Shown piece by piece: positions 50,500 to 60,298 of a stretch of DNA of 64,000 bases. Every line of letters begins with the position of its first letter. The first letter of the stretch is position 1. The stretch is taken from the NCBI GenBank assembly GCA_965250285.1, contig OZ252299.1, positions 2,656,001 to 2,720,000 of the forward strand. Direction: 5' to 3'. A program made the translations under genes and the position numbers. Source of the DNA: Myxococcota bacterium (GTDB lineage Bacteria > Myxococcota_A > UBA9160 > UBA4427). The notes under the pieces were generated by a model. The model saw nothing but the letters and a program-made list of their open reading frames with translations, ran no database searches and was not told the origin of the DNA.

Positions 50500-50656
50500 G
50501 ATCTAAGCCCGGGACGGCCCCGGCAGCATCGAGAAACGGGACCGTCGGCATTTCTGGAGCAACCCGACAGGGGGCGCTCCGAGTCGGCTCGAGCACCGAC
50601 CCTGGCCCAGCGGCCAGTCGGCCAGAAGCGCGAGCCAGGAGGCATCCGAAACCGGG

Positions 50657-51154
50657 ATGGCCAGCATGAAGCGCGGCGTCGGATACTGCGAGAACACCGA
50701 TTGTGAGGACTACGCCAAGGGCGTGTTCCTGCTCAATCACGGTGACACGTTCTATTGCCCCCGCTGCCGACAGCTCGGCAAGGTGGAGAAGGAACGCGGC
50801 TTCTACACGGGCAACTCCGACATCTTCAAGGAGGTCCGCGTCGAGTACAACTTCGACCCGATCAACGGCGTGTACCGTGAGATCGCGATCGTGCGCGACG
50901 AGAGCCTCTGGGGCCGCAACAACGTCTACACCCTGCAGTCGCCGCTGATCAAGACCGAGAAGCGCGCGCTCAAGGTCGCCGAGGCGATCCTCGCGAACCT
51001 CAACCGCTACCGCGGGTTGCTGAACGGCGACGAGATCCCGCGCACCACCGAGATCATCCTCTCGTTCGACGACCCGTTCGACGAGTTCTCGCGCAAGCTG
51101 AAGCAGCTCTCGAAGGAGTGGGAGGCCAGCGGGCTGCGCGAGCAGCGTCGCTGA
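50657..51154 (+). CDS. Hypothetical protein with N-terminal Cys4 Zn-ribbon-like motif
   Basis: C-x4-C-x17-C-x2-C (CENTDC...CPRC); strongly GC3-biased codons; AGGAGG at 50637-50642; own promoter and terminator. Confidence 0.85.
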   Translation: MASMKRGVGYCENTDCEDYAKGVFLLNHGDTFYCPRCRQLGKVEKERGFYTGNSDIFKEVRVEYNFDPINGVYREIAIVRDESLWGRNNVYTLQSPLIKTEKRALKVAEAILANLNRYRGLLNGDEIPRTTEIILSFDDPFDEFSRKLKQLSKEWEASGLREQRR

Positions 51155-51246
51155 GCCACGACGCACAGGATCCGGCAGACCTTCGAATCACTCGAATGAC
51201 TCAACCCATCGAGCGTGCCTGACGGGGCACCTCGAAGGCTGCTCCA

Positions 51247-51275
51247 GACGGCCCCCTCGTTTCGAGGGGGCCGTC
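51247..51275. terminator. Hairpin terminator between convergent genes
   Basis: GACGGCCCCCTCG-TTT-CGAGGGGGCCGTC, a perfect 13-bp stem. Confidence 0.75.
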
Positions 51276-51303
51276 GTCGTTACGGGGCGCGGATGAGAGG
51301 CGC

Positions 51304-51876
51304 TCAGTCGGCTTCGTCGCGCATGCGCATCCGCAGGTCGATCTTCATGCCGGCCCAGATGGCCTCGACGCCCTGATGCTCGCGCCGAACGACCGGATCG
51401 ACGCGGTCTTCGAGGGCGTCGGCGAGCGGCGCGCGGTACCAGGGGAAGAGCTCGTCGGGCAGCGCGTCGACCGGGACGAATCGCACGGCGAGGTTCTCAC
51501 TGCTCGGCCGGGGTGTACCCGACGCGACGCGGCAGCGGTACACCCGCGCGGTGTGCGGGCGGAAGCCGTCGCGCACGTAGTCACCGACGTGGTGGTCGAC
51601 CTCGATCTCGAGCCCGGTCTCTTCGCGCAGCTCGCGCACGAGCGCCTGCTCGAGATCTTCGCCCGGCTCGGGGGTGCCTCCGGGCAGCTCCCAGCCGACC
51701 AGGTCGCTGCGCACGGCCAGCAGCACCTCCGGCACCCCACCCTCGCCCGGCCGCAGGACGACGGCCTGCACGATGACGAGAGCCTTCTTCTCGAGCGGCG
51801 TGCGCGGCGCAACGAGGCCCCACCACGCGATCTTCGCGTAGCTCGCGAAGGCCGACGCGAGGCGAGCCGCCTTCAT
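51304..51876 (-). CDS. NUDIX hydrolase
   Basis: Nudix box [24 protein letters not shown]. Confidence 0.9.
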   Translation of the reverse strand: MKAARLASAFASYAKIAWWGLVAPRTPLEKKALVIVQAVVLRPGEGGVPEVLLAVRSDLVGWELPGGTPEPGEDLEQALVRELREETGLEIEVDHHVGDYVRDGFRPHTARVYRCRVASGTPRPSSENLAVRFVPVDALPDELFPWYRAPLADALEDRVDPVVRREHQGVEAIWAGMKIDLRMRMRDEAD

Positions 51877-51880
51877 GACG

Positions 51881-52768
51881 TCAATCGATGAACTTGTTGA
51901 GCGGCGTCTCGACCAGCGCGGTCGCGCCGGCGGCGTGCAGCTTCGGCACGAGGTCGCGGACGAGCTGCTCCTCGATCACGACGAAGACGTCGACCCAGGC
52001 CTCGTCTGCCAGCGTCGACACCGTGGGTGCGCCGGCGTCGGGCAGCATCGCGAGCACGGCGTCGAGGTGGTCGCGCTGCACGTTCATCCCGAGGCCGACC
52101 TTCGTCGCGGCGGCGATCGCACCGCGCAGCAGCATCAGCAGCCGGTCCATCTTGTCGCGCTTCCACTCGTCCTTGGCCGCGTCTCGATTGGCGACGAAGC
52201 GCGGCGTGCTCACCATCAGCGTGTCGAGCACCTTGAGGTTGTTGGCACGCAGACTCGAGCCCGTCTCGGTCACGTCGACGATCGCGTCGGCCAGCACGGG
52301 CGGCTTGACCTCGGTCGCGCCCCAGCTGAACTCGATCTGGGCCTCGACGCCCTTCTCACGGAAGTACTTCTCGGTCAGACCGACGACCTCGGCCGCGATG
52401 CGCTTGCCCTGCAGGTCGTGGACGCTCTCGAAGGGCGAGCCCTGCTTCGCGGCGAGGATCCAGCGCACGGGGCCGTAGTTCGGCCAGGGCGCGCGCAGGT
52501 CGGCGAGCTCCTCGACGTCGGCGCCGCTCTCGATCACCCAATCGGCGCCGGTGATCCCGCAGTCCATGACGCCCTGATCGATGTAGCGCGCCATCTCCTG
52601 CGGCCGGATCAGGATGCACTCGATCTCGGGGTCGTCGATCGTCGGGTAGTACGACCGCGAGGCGACGCGAATCTGGTAGCCCGCCTTCGCGAAGAGCTGC
52701 AGCGTCGTCTCCTGCAGGCTGCCCTTGGGCAGCGCGAGCATCAGCTTGTGGGCTTCGCCTTCGCTCAC
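51881..52768 (-). CDS. hisG: ATP phosphoribosyltransferase (long form)
   Basis: [37 protein letters not shown]-terminal regulatory domain (PTVSTL...GATALVE). Confidence 0.95.
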   Translation of the reverse strand: MSEGEAHKLMLALPKGSLQETTLQLFAKAGYQIRVASRSYYPTIDDPEIECILIRPQEMARYIDQGVMDCGITGADWVIESGADVEELADLRAPWPNYGPVRWILAAKQGSPFESVHDLQGKRIAAEVVGLTEKYFREKGVEAQIEFSWGATEVKPPVLADAIVDVTETGSSLRANNLKVLDTLMVSTPRFVANRDAAKDEWKRDKMDRLLMLLRGAIAAATKVGLGMNVQRDHLDAVLAMLPDAGAPTVSTLADEAWVDVFVVIEEQLVRDLVPKLHAAGATALVETPLNKFID

Positions 52769-53151
52769 TTCTTGTAGACCTCGTCCGGGTCGAACACCTG
52801 CATGCCGACGTCCTCGATCTCACCCTGATCGATCCGGCGGTAGAAGCAGTTGCGTTTGCCCGTGTGGCAGGCCGCCCCGCCGATCTGCTCGACCTTCAGC
52901 ACGAGGGCGTCGCCGTCGCAGTCGACGTACATGCCCTTCAGCTTCTGGACGTTCCCGCTCTCCTCGCCCTTGTGCCAGAGCTTCTTGCGGCTGCGGCTCC
53001 AGTACACGACCTCGCCGATCTCGAGCGTGCGCGCGACCGACTCGGGGTTCATGTACGCCACCATCAACACTTCACCGGTGGTGTCGTCCTGAGCGATCGC
53101 GGTCACCAGACCGCCGCCCTTGTCGAAGTCGATGATGTCGGTGGGATCCAT
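52765..53151 (-). CDS. hisI: Phosphoribosyl-AMP cyclohydrolase (monofunctional)
   Basis: [36 protein letters not shown]; no HisE domain. Confidence 0.95.
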   Translation of the reverse strand: MDPTDIIDFDKGGGLVTAIAQDDTTGEVLMVAYMNPESVARTLEIGEVVYWSRSRKKLWHKGEESGNVQKLKGMYVDCDGDALVLKVEQIGGAACHTGKRNCFYRRIDQGEIEDVGMQVFDPDEVYKK

Positions 53152-53163
53152 GGGGGGCGCAGC

Positions 53164-55998
53164 CTAACGGGGGGCCCTCGACGCCGCCAGCCGCTCGAGC
53201 AGCGGCGCGAGCTCGGCCGCCCGCTCCCCAGGGGCGTAGACTCGGGCCGGCGGTTTGGCGCGCCGCTTGCGCCCGAAACGACCCCGCGGCGGCTCGTCGG
53301 GCGGTGCAGCCTCTTCGAGCACGAGCACGCCGCGGCGGCAGAGCAGCTGCGCGGCATTGTCGAACGTCGACGGGTTCGCCGCCTCGGCACACTCGGCGTC
53401 GCCCAGCAGGACCGCTCGCTCGAACGCGGCCTGGGCCGCGGTGCTGAACGCCCGCTTCTCGATCGGCTCGCCCGCTTCGTCGATCGCGCGGAGCGCCGCC
53501 TCGTAGCACTCGATCGCGCCGCGCGTCTGACGCTCGAGGCACTGCAGCATCGGCTCGCCCCGCGGCGTCGAGAGCACCACGCCGTCTTCGATCTCGACCC
53601 AGCGCGCGCGCTCGAACTGGCGCAGGAACGCGTCGACCCGTTCGGCGCGACGTTCGAGCTCGGGCACGAACGTCTCCATGTAGAGCAGCTCGCACCAGAA
53701 GGCGACATCGTCGGTGATCTGCGCGCGGGTCGCGCCGCGCAGGACGCTGCGCGCGATGATGCTCGGCACGGTCAGATAGTGGGCGAGCGAATTTCGATAG
53801 ATGTCGAGGGCCCTGCGGCGTGAGGGCTCGTAGTAGAGGATGTCCCCCTCACCGCCGTCGGCCTCGACCACGAGATCACTGCGCAGCAGGAACCCGATCG
53901 ACTCCGAGAAGTCGTCGACGTCGGCCTCGAGGGCGGTCGTACACGCGACGCCCTGCAGCTTGAGCAGCGCGACGACCTGCTGCATGCGCTCGACCAGCTC
54001 GGCCCGCCGGAGCCCGCGATGCGGGCTCCCGAGCAGCACGGCGGCGGCGACCGACGTCGCGTTGACGACGAACGACCAGTTGATGCGCTCGACGATCTGG
54101 TGACCGAGATCGTCGATGAAGGCGCGGCGCTCCTCCTGCACGGGATCCACGTCGTCCCCGGCGCCGTCGACCTCACCCGAGACGAGCTGATCGATCTCGC
54201 CGATCACGCTGGCAGCGAAGCGCGGCCGCTGATCGCCCATGGCGTCGGCGAGCGAGATCGGCTTGCTGAAGTGCACGTGCACCGAGCCGAAGCGGCGCTC
54301 GAGCACCTTTCGGGCCTTGAACAACCCGACCATGCTCTCCTCGGTCTTCTTCTCGCCTTCGAGCTCGCCGACCATGCCCGACTCTTCGACGAGCCGCTCG
54401 TACGTGATCGCGATCGGCACGATGTAGAGGTCGCGGCGACTGCTCTCGAGGAACGCATCGACGTCCCAGGTCAGCATGCCGAGGCGCGGCGGCAGCGTCT
54501 TGCCGGTGCGCGAGCGCCCGCCCTCGATGAAGAACTCCTGGTTGTATCCGTCCCGCACGAGATAGGCGACGTACGCTCGAAACACCTGCTTGTAGAGCGG
54601 GTCGTCGAACGCCTTGCGCAGGAAGAACGCGCCCGAGGCCCGAAAGAGCAGCCCGAACGGACCAAACGCCATGTTCTCGCGCGCGGCGATGTGCGGCGGG
54701 ACGAGGTGGTTTCGGTAGAAGAGCCAGCTGACGATCAGAAAGTCGAAGTAGCTGCGATGGCTGGGCACGAGCACGAGCGGATCGCTCTTCGCCTTCTCGA
54801 CCGCCTTCTCGAGGCCCGTCACCTCGAACGACGAGAACAGCCGCCGGAACACCAGGGTGGCCGCGCCCGCCATCAGCGCGAGCAGGGTCGAATTCATGCG
54901 CGCAGCGATCTCGCGCACCATCTTCTCGACCTCGCGCTCGGCGCGCTCGGGCGACGACTTCTTGTCACGGGCGCGTTGTGCCATGGCCGAACGCACGCCG
55001 CGATCCTCGAGCACCTCGCGCAGCACGTGCTGGGGCGAGCGCAGCGTGGGACCCACCACGACCTTCTCTTCGCGATACAGATGAATCAGGATCGTGCGCC
55101 GCATGGTGCGGGCGAGGCGCTCGGGCGAGTCGTCGGGGCGCGTCGCCGCGAAGCCGTTCACGTCGATGGCGTCGCCGACCTTCACCGAGAGCGACCGATA
55201 CGTCGCGAAGAACGACGTGACCTTCGCGAGATCGGAGGGACGGGCCAGGCTGCCGTAGTCGAGGTTGAGGAAGCGGCTCTCGCGTCGAGGCCCCTTGCGC
55301 CAGAAGATCGAGAGCGGCACCACCGACACCGGGCTGTTGCTCTCGCGCGCCTCGCGCACGACCTCGAGCAGCAGATCGAGCTCGTCGCGGCGCTGCTTCT
55401 GGCGCCGAACGCCGCGCAAGAACGTGCGCAGACGTCGGGTGCGCAAGAAGAGAAAGGCCGAGCCGCGCTCTCGGACGATGGCGCGCACCCGGCTCTGATC
55501 CTCGCTGTGCTGAATCTCGAGCGGCGCGCCCCGGCGCCGGGTCAACACCTGCTTCAACACGGTGAAGATCGGCTTGTAGTAGGTGAAGACGATGCCGTTG
55601 GCGAAGCTCGAGAGCCGCAGGCCATCGCGCAGGAAGAGCCAATTGAAGAGCAGGTAGTCGAGTCGGCTCGAGTACCGCATCACGTAGATGACGGCGCCCT
55701 GCGCCTCGAGGGCCCGCAGCTCTTCGACCTGGCGATCATCGAGATCGAAGTGGCCGAAGAACCGCTTGCCGAACCAGCGAAAGAAGAAGTTGAAGCGCGC
55801 CGCCATCGACGAGGTCGGATCGGCGCTCGGCGCGAGGTCGCCCACCTCGATCGAGGCGCGCGGCGGATCGGGCTTCTTGTCGTTTCGCCCCGCGCGGTCC
55901 CCCAACGCGATCACGGCGGGGCCACCGGCAGCGCGGCCATCGCCGCCCATTGGCGTCTTCGTGCCGTCTTCGTCGTGCTGGGCGGGGTCGTCGGCCAT
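53164..55998 (-). CDS. plsB: Glycerol-3-phosphate acyltransferase (PlsB-like)
   Basis: VPSHRSYFDF, GAFFLRK, FFIEGGRSRTGK, PIAITYERLVE. Confidence 0.88.
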   Translation of the reverse strand: MADDPAQHDEDGTKTPMGGDGRAAGGPAVIALGDRAGRNDKKPDPPRASIEVGDLAPSADPTSSMAARFNFFFRWFGKRFFGHFDLDDRQVEELRALEAQGAVIYVMRYSSRLDYLLFNWLFLRDGLRLSSFANGIVFTYYKPIFTVLKQVLTRRRGAPLEIQHSEDQSRVRAIVRERGSAFLFLRTRRLRTFLRGVRRQKQRRDELDLLLEVVREARESNSPVSVVPLSIFWRKGPRRESRFLNLDYGSLARPSDLAKVTSFFATYRSLSVKVGDAIDVNGFAATRPDDSPERLARTMRRTILIHLYREEKVVVGPTLRSPQHVLREVLEDRGVRSAMAQRARDKKSSPERAEREVEKMVREIAARMNSTLLALMAGAATLVFRRLFSSFEVTGLEKAVEKAKSDPLVLVPSHRSYFDFLIVSWLFYRNHLVPPHIAARENMAFGPFGLLFRASGAFFLRKAFDDPLYKQVFRAYVAYLVRDGYNQEFFIEGGRSRTGKTLPPRLGMLTWDVDAFLESSRRDLYIVPIAITYERLVEESGMVGELEGEKKTEESMVGLFKARKVLERRFGSVHVHFSKPISLADAMGDQRPRFAASVIGEIDQLVSGEVDGAGDDVDPVQEERRAFIDDLGHQIVERINWSFVVNATSVAAAVLLGSPHRGLRRAELVERMQQVVALLKLQGVACTTALEADVDDFSESIGFLLRSDLVVEADGGEGDILYYEPSRRRALDIYRNSLAHYLTVPSIIARSVLRGATRAQITDDVAFWCELLYMETFVPELERRAERVDAFLRQFERARWVEIEDGVVLSTPRGEPMLQCLERQTRGAIECYEAALRAIDEAGEPIEKRAFSTAAQAAFERAVLLGDAECAEAANPSTFDNAAQLLCRRGVLVLEEAAPPDEPPRGRFGRKRRAKPPARVYAPGERAAELAPLLERLAASRAPR

Positions 55999-56108
55999 GT
56001 CGGGCGTTTGTACCACGCACCCTGTGGGGCAGCAATGAAACGCAGAAGGCCGACAGGGCGGATCCCCTGCCGGCCTCCGCTGAGCCGTTTTGGTTGGCTA
56101 CGCCAAAG

Positions 56109-56972
56109 CTATTCCGGGAGCAGGATCTCGCCGGCCTTCATCTTGTCGGCGATCTCCTGGGGCGTCCACAGACCGCCGTCGTCTTCCTTCGTGATGCCCG
56201 GCGCCGTCACGACCTTCATCTCGGCGATGCGCCCACCGCCACAGAAGAACGTCGTGCCGTTCTGATCCTTCGACAGGTCGCTCGCGAGATACGTGAGCAG
56301 CGGCGACACGAGGTTGGGCGCGTACTTCTTGGCCGCGGCGTCCTGGTCGAAGCCCGGCAGATCTTCGGTGAGCCGGGTGTGCGCCACCGGGGCCAGAATG
56401 AACGCACGCACGCCGTAGCGCGCCCCTTCGAGGGCGAGGCAGCGGGTGAAGCCGGCGATGCCCGCCTTCGCGGCGCCGTAGTTGGTCTGACCGAAGTTGC
56501 CGTTCAGGCCCGACGTCGAGGACGTGTTGATGATGACACCCCCGTTGCCACTCTCCTTCATGTGGAGATAGACCGGGTGGGTCACGCAGTACGTGCCCTT
56601 CAGGTGGACCGCCACCACGGGATCCCAGAGGTCCTCGGTCATCTTGGCGAAGCTCTTGTCGCGCAGGATGCCGGCGTTGTTGATCAGACAGTCGACCTTG
56701 CCGAACGCGTCGACGGCGGTCTTGAGGATGCCCTCGCCCCCCTCGGTGGTGGCGACGTTGTCGTAGTTCGCGACGGCCTCGCCGCCGGCCGCCTTGATCT
56801 CATCGGCGACCTGCTGGGCCATGGCGCTGCCCGAGCCCGATCCGTCGCGCGCGCCACCGAGGTCGTTCACGACGATCGCCGCGCCTTCGGCGGCCATGGC
56901 GAGTGCATGCGTGCGTCCGATGCCGCCTCCGGCACCAGTGATGATGACGACCTTTCCGTCGAGCAGACCCAT
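56109..56972 (-). CDS. Short-chain dehydrogenase/reductase (3-hydroxyacyl-CoA dehydrogenase-like)
   Basis: TGAGGGIG, VVNDLGG, NNAGILRD, NFGQTNYGAAK (YxxxK). Confidence 0.92.
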   Translation of the reverse strand: MGLLDGKVVIITGAGGGIGRTHALAMAAEGAAIVVNDLGGARDGSGSGSAMAQQVADEIKAAGGEAVANYDNVATTEGGEGILKTAVDAFGKVDCLINNAGILRDKSFAKMTEDLWDPVVAVHLKGTYCVTHPVYLHMKESGNGGVIINTSSTSGLNGNFGQTNYGAAKAGIAGFTRCLALEGARYGVRAFILAPVAHTRLTEDLPGFDQDAAAKKYAPNLVSPLLTYLASDLSKDQNGTTFFCGGGRIAEMKVVTAPGITKEDDGGLWTPQEIADKMKAGEILLPE

Positions 56973-57136
56973 CTTGGGGGGACCTCCGCGTCGTCCGGGC
57001 GACGCTCCTTGGGGTGAAATCGGGATCGCGTTGAGTCGCGTTCTTCGTTGTGGATCGGGATGCTACCCGACGCAGCTCGGCGGCTTCAACACGCTCAGGC
57101 GCGCCCCGGCAGCGGCGCGCGAAGCGATGGCCGGGC

Positions 57137-57982
57137 TCACAAGAAGAGCACGGTCCGCAGCGAGTCGAACGCCTCGAAGCCGAGCTGCTCGTACAGACCG
57201 ATCGCCGGCGCATTGCCGTCGACGACGGCGAGCTGGATGTGATCGGCGCTGGCCGCCCGCGCCTCTTCGATCAGGCGACGCATGCCGCTGCGGGCGAGCC
57301 CGCGGCGGCGCGCGTCGGGCCAGGTGTAGACGCCCTGCACGAGCCATCCCTCGGGCCGCCGTACGTCGGCGTACGCGACGAAGCGCGGGCGCCCGTCGAC
57401 GTCGACGACGCGCGCGCGCGGCACCCGTGAGAGCACCCAGCGGCGAAAGCCGGTCGGGTCGCCATCGAAGGGATCGGGGCGCTGCTCCTCGCGCAGGCTC
57501 GCGCGGGCCGCGAATACGAGGTCTTCGAGGTCGGTCGACTCGGCCTCGCGCACCGGATGCGCCGGGCAAGGTCCGGCCTCGGTCTCCCCGAGTGCGAGGC
57601 GGTAGGAGGTCTCGGTGCGATCGACCAGCGAGCGGCGGCCCCGCTCCTCGAGGCGCTTCCACAGCTGGTCCGCCAGCGGGCGACCGCTCTTCAGCAGCCC
57701 CGTCTGCAGGCGATCGATGAAGGGCAGGACGAGCTCGATGCCCTCCTCGGGCATGTCGTGGGCGAGCACGATCGTCGGGCGTACGGCTGCGAACGACGCC
57801 ATCTCGCGCCCGCGCCACAACGTCACGATCTCGGGGGTGACCTCACCGCGTCGCATCGGCCGCCCGACGGCCGCCACGAGCTCGGTCAGCAGCAGGTCGT
57901 GTTGCGCATGTGTGCGGAGCCGCTCGAGCGCGCGCTCGCGGTCGCGGACCCCGAGCAGGCTCGCCCTCAGCTCCCGACCCAT
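57137..57982 (-). CDS. GNAT family N-acetyltransferase
   Basis: VYTWPDARRRGLA and NAPAIGLYEQLGF motifs. Confidence 0.85.
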   Translation of the reverse strand: MGRELRASLLGVRDRERALERLRTHAQHDLLLTELVAAVGRPMRRGEVTPEIVTLWRGREMASFAAVRPTIVLAHDMPEEGIELVLPFIDRLQTGLLKSGRPLADQLWKRLEERGRRSLVDRTETSYRLALGETEAGPCPAHPVREAESTDLEDLVFAARASLREEQRPDPFDGDPTGFRRWVLSRVPRARVVDVDGRPRFVAYADVRRPEGWLVQGVYTWPDARRRGLARSGMRRLIEEARAASADHIQLAVVDGNAPAIGLYEQLGFEAFDSLRTVLFL

Positions 57983-58003
57983 GGGGGCTCCTCGACCTCG
58001 CGA

Positions 58004-58222
58004 TCAGTCCTCGATGACGACGAGGATGTCGCCCTCTTCGATGCTCTGCCCTTCGGCGACGCGAATCTCGCTCACGGTGCCGTCGCACGGCGCTTCGAGC
58101 GGGATCTCCATCTTCATCGACTCGATGATCAGGAGCACGTCTTCTTCTTCGACCTCGGTGCCGACGGTCGTCTCGATCTTCCAGATGTTGCCCGTGATCT
58201 GCGCCTCGACCTCGACGGCCAT
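58004..58222 (-). CDS. Standalone biotin carboxyl carrier (biotinyl domain) protein
   Basis: MAVEVEAQITGNIWKI...IIESMKMEIPLEAP..GTV; MKM biotinylation motif; GGGAG RBS. Confidence 0.9.
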   Translation of the reverse strand: MAVEVEAQITGNIWKIETTVGTEVEEEDVLLIIESMKMEIPLEAPCDGTVSEIRVAEGQSIEEGDILVVIED

Positions 58223-58442
58223 CGGCTCCCTCCCGTCGCGCCGTCCGATCTCGCGGACCCGGGCGCATCGTGTCGTCTGGTTGCGCCGGGGCAGCCTCGG
58301 CGCAGCCGCCAATCATGCATTCGGGCGCCGGGCCGGGCAAGGGCGCGACGGTCGATTCCCGGCGCCCGCGCGCGGCGGGGCGGTCGGCCACCGAGCGGCT
58401 CGGCGGCGACTGTCCGCTACCATGCCGCGCTCGGAGGGAACC

Positions 58443-59996
<1,554 letters not shown>

Positions 59997-60298
59997 GCGG
60001 AGGCGACCGTTGCCCGCCCCCTTCCGCTATACCCGTAAGACGCGCCGCCCCCCGGCGTGACCAACTCGACGCGCGATCGCGACCGGCCGGGAACGACCCG
60101 GGCGCGAGGCGCGTCGAAACAACCCACCCCCCGTACGAAAAAGCCCGCACCCGTTGGCCGGCGCGAAGCGTCGACGTGTGCGCAGGGATGCTCGGCTGGC
60201 CCCGCGGGCCCGTCGGCATTCGATCGGAAGGAAGGGGCGGGAAGCGTGCCGAGTACGCTCAGATTCTGCGCGGAGTTGCCGATGAGTGCGGCGTGGCC

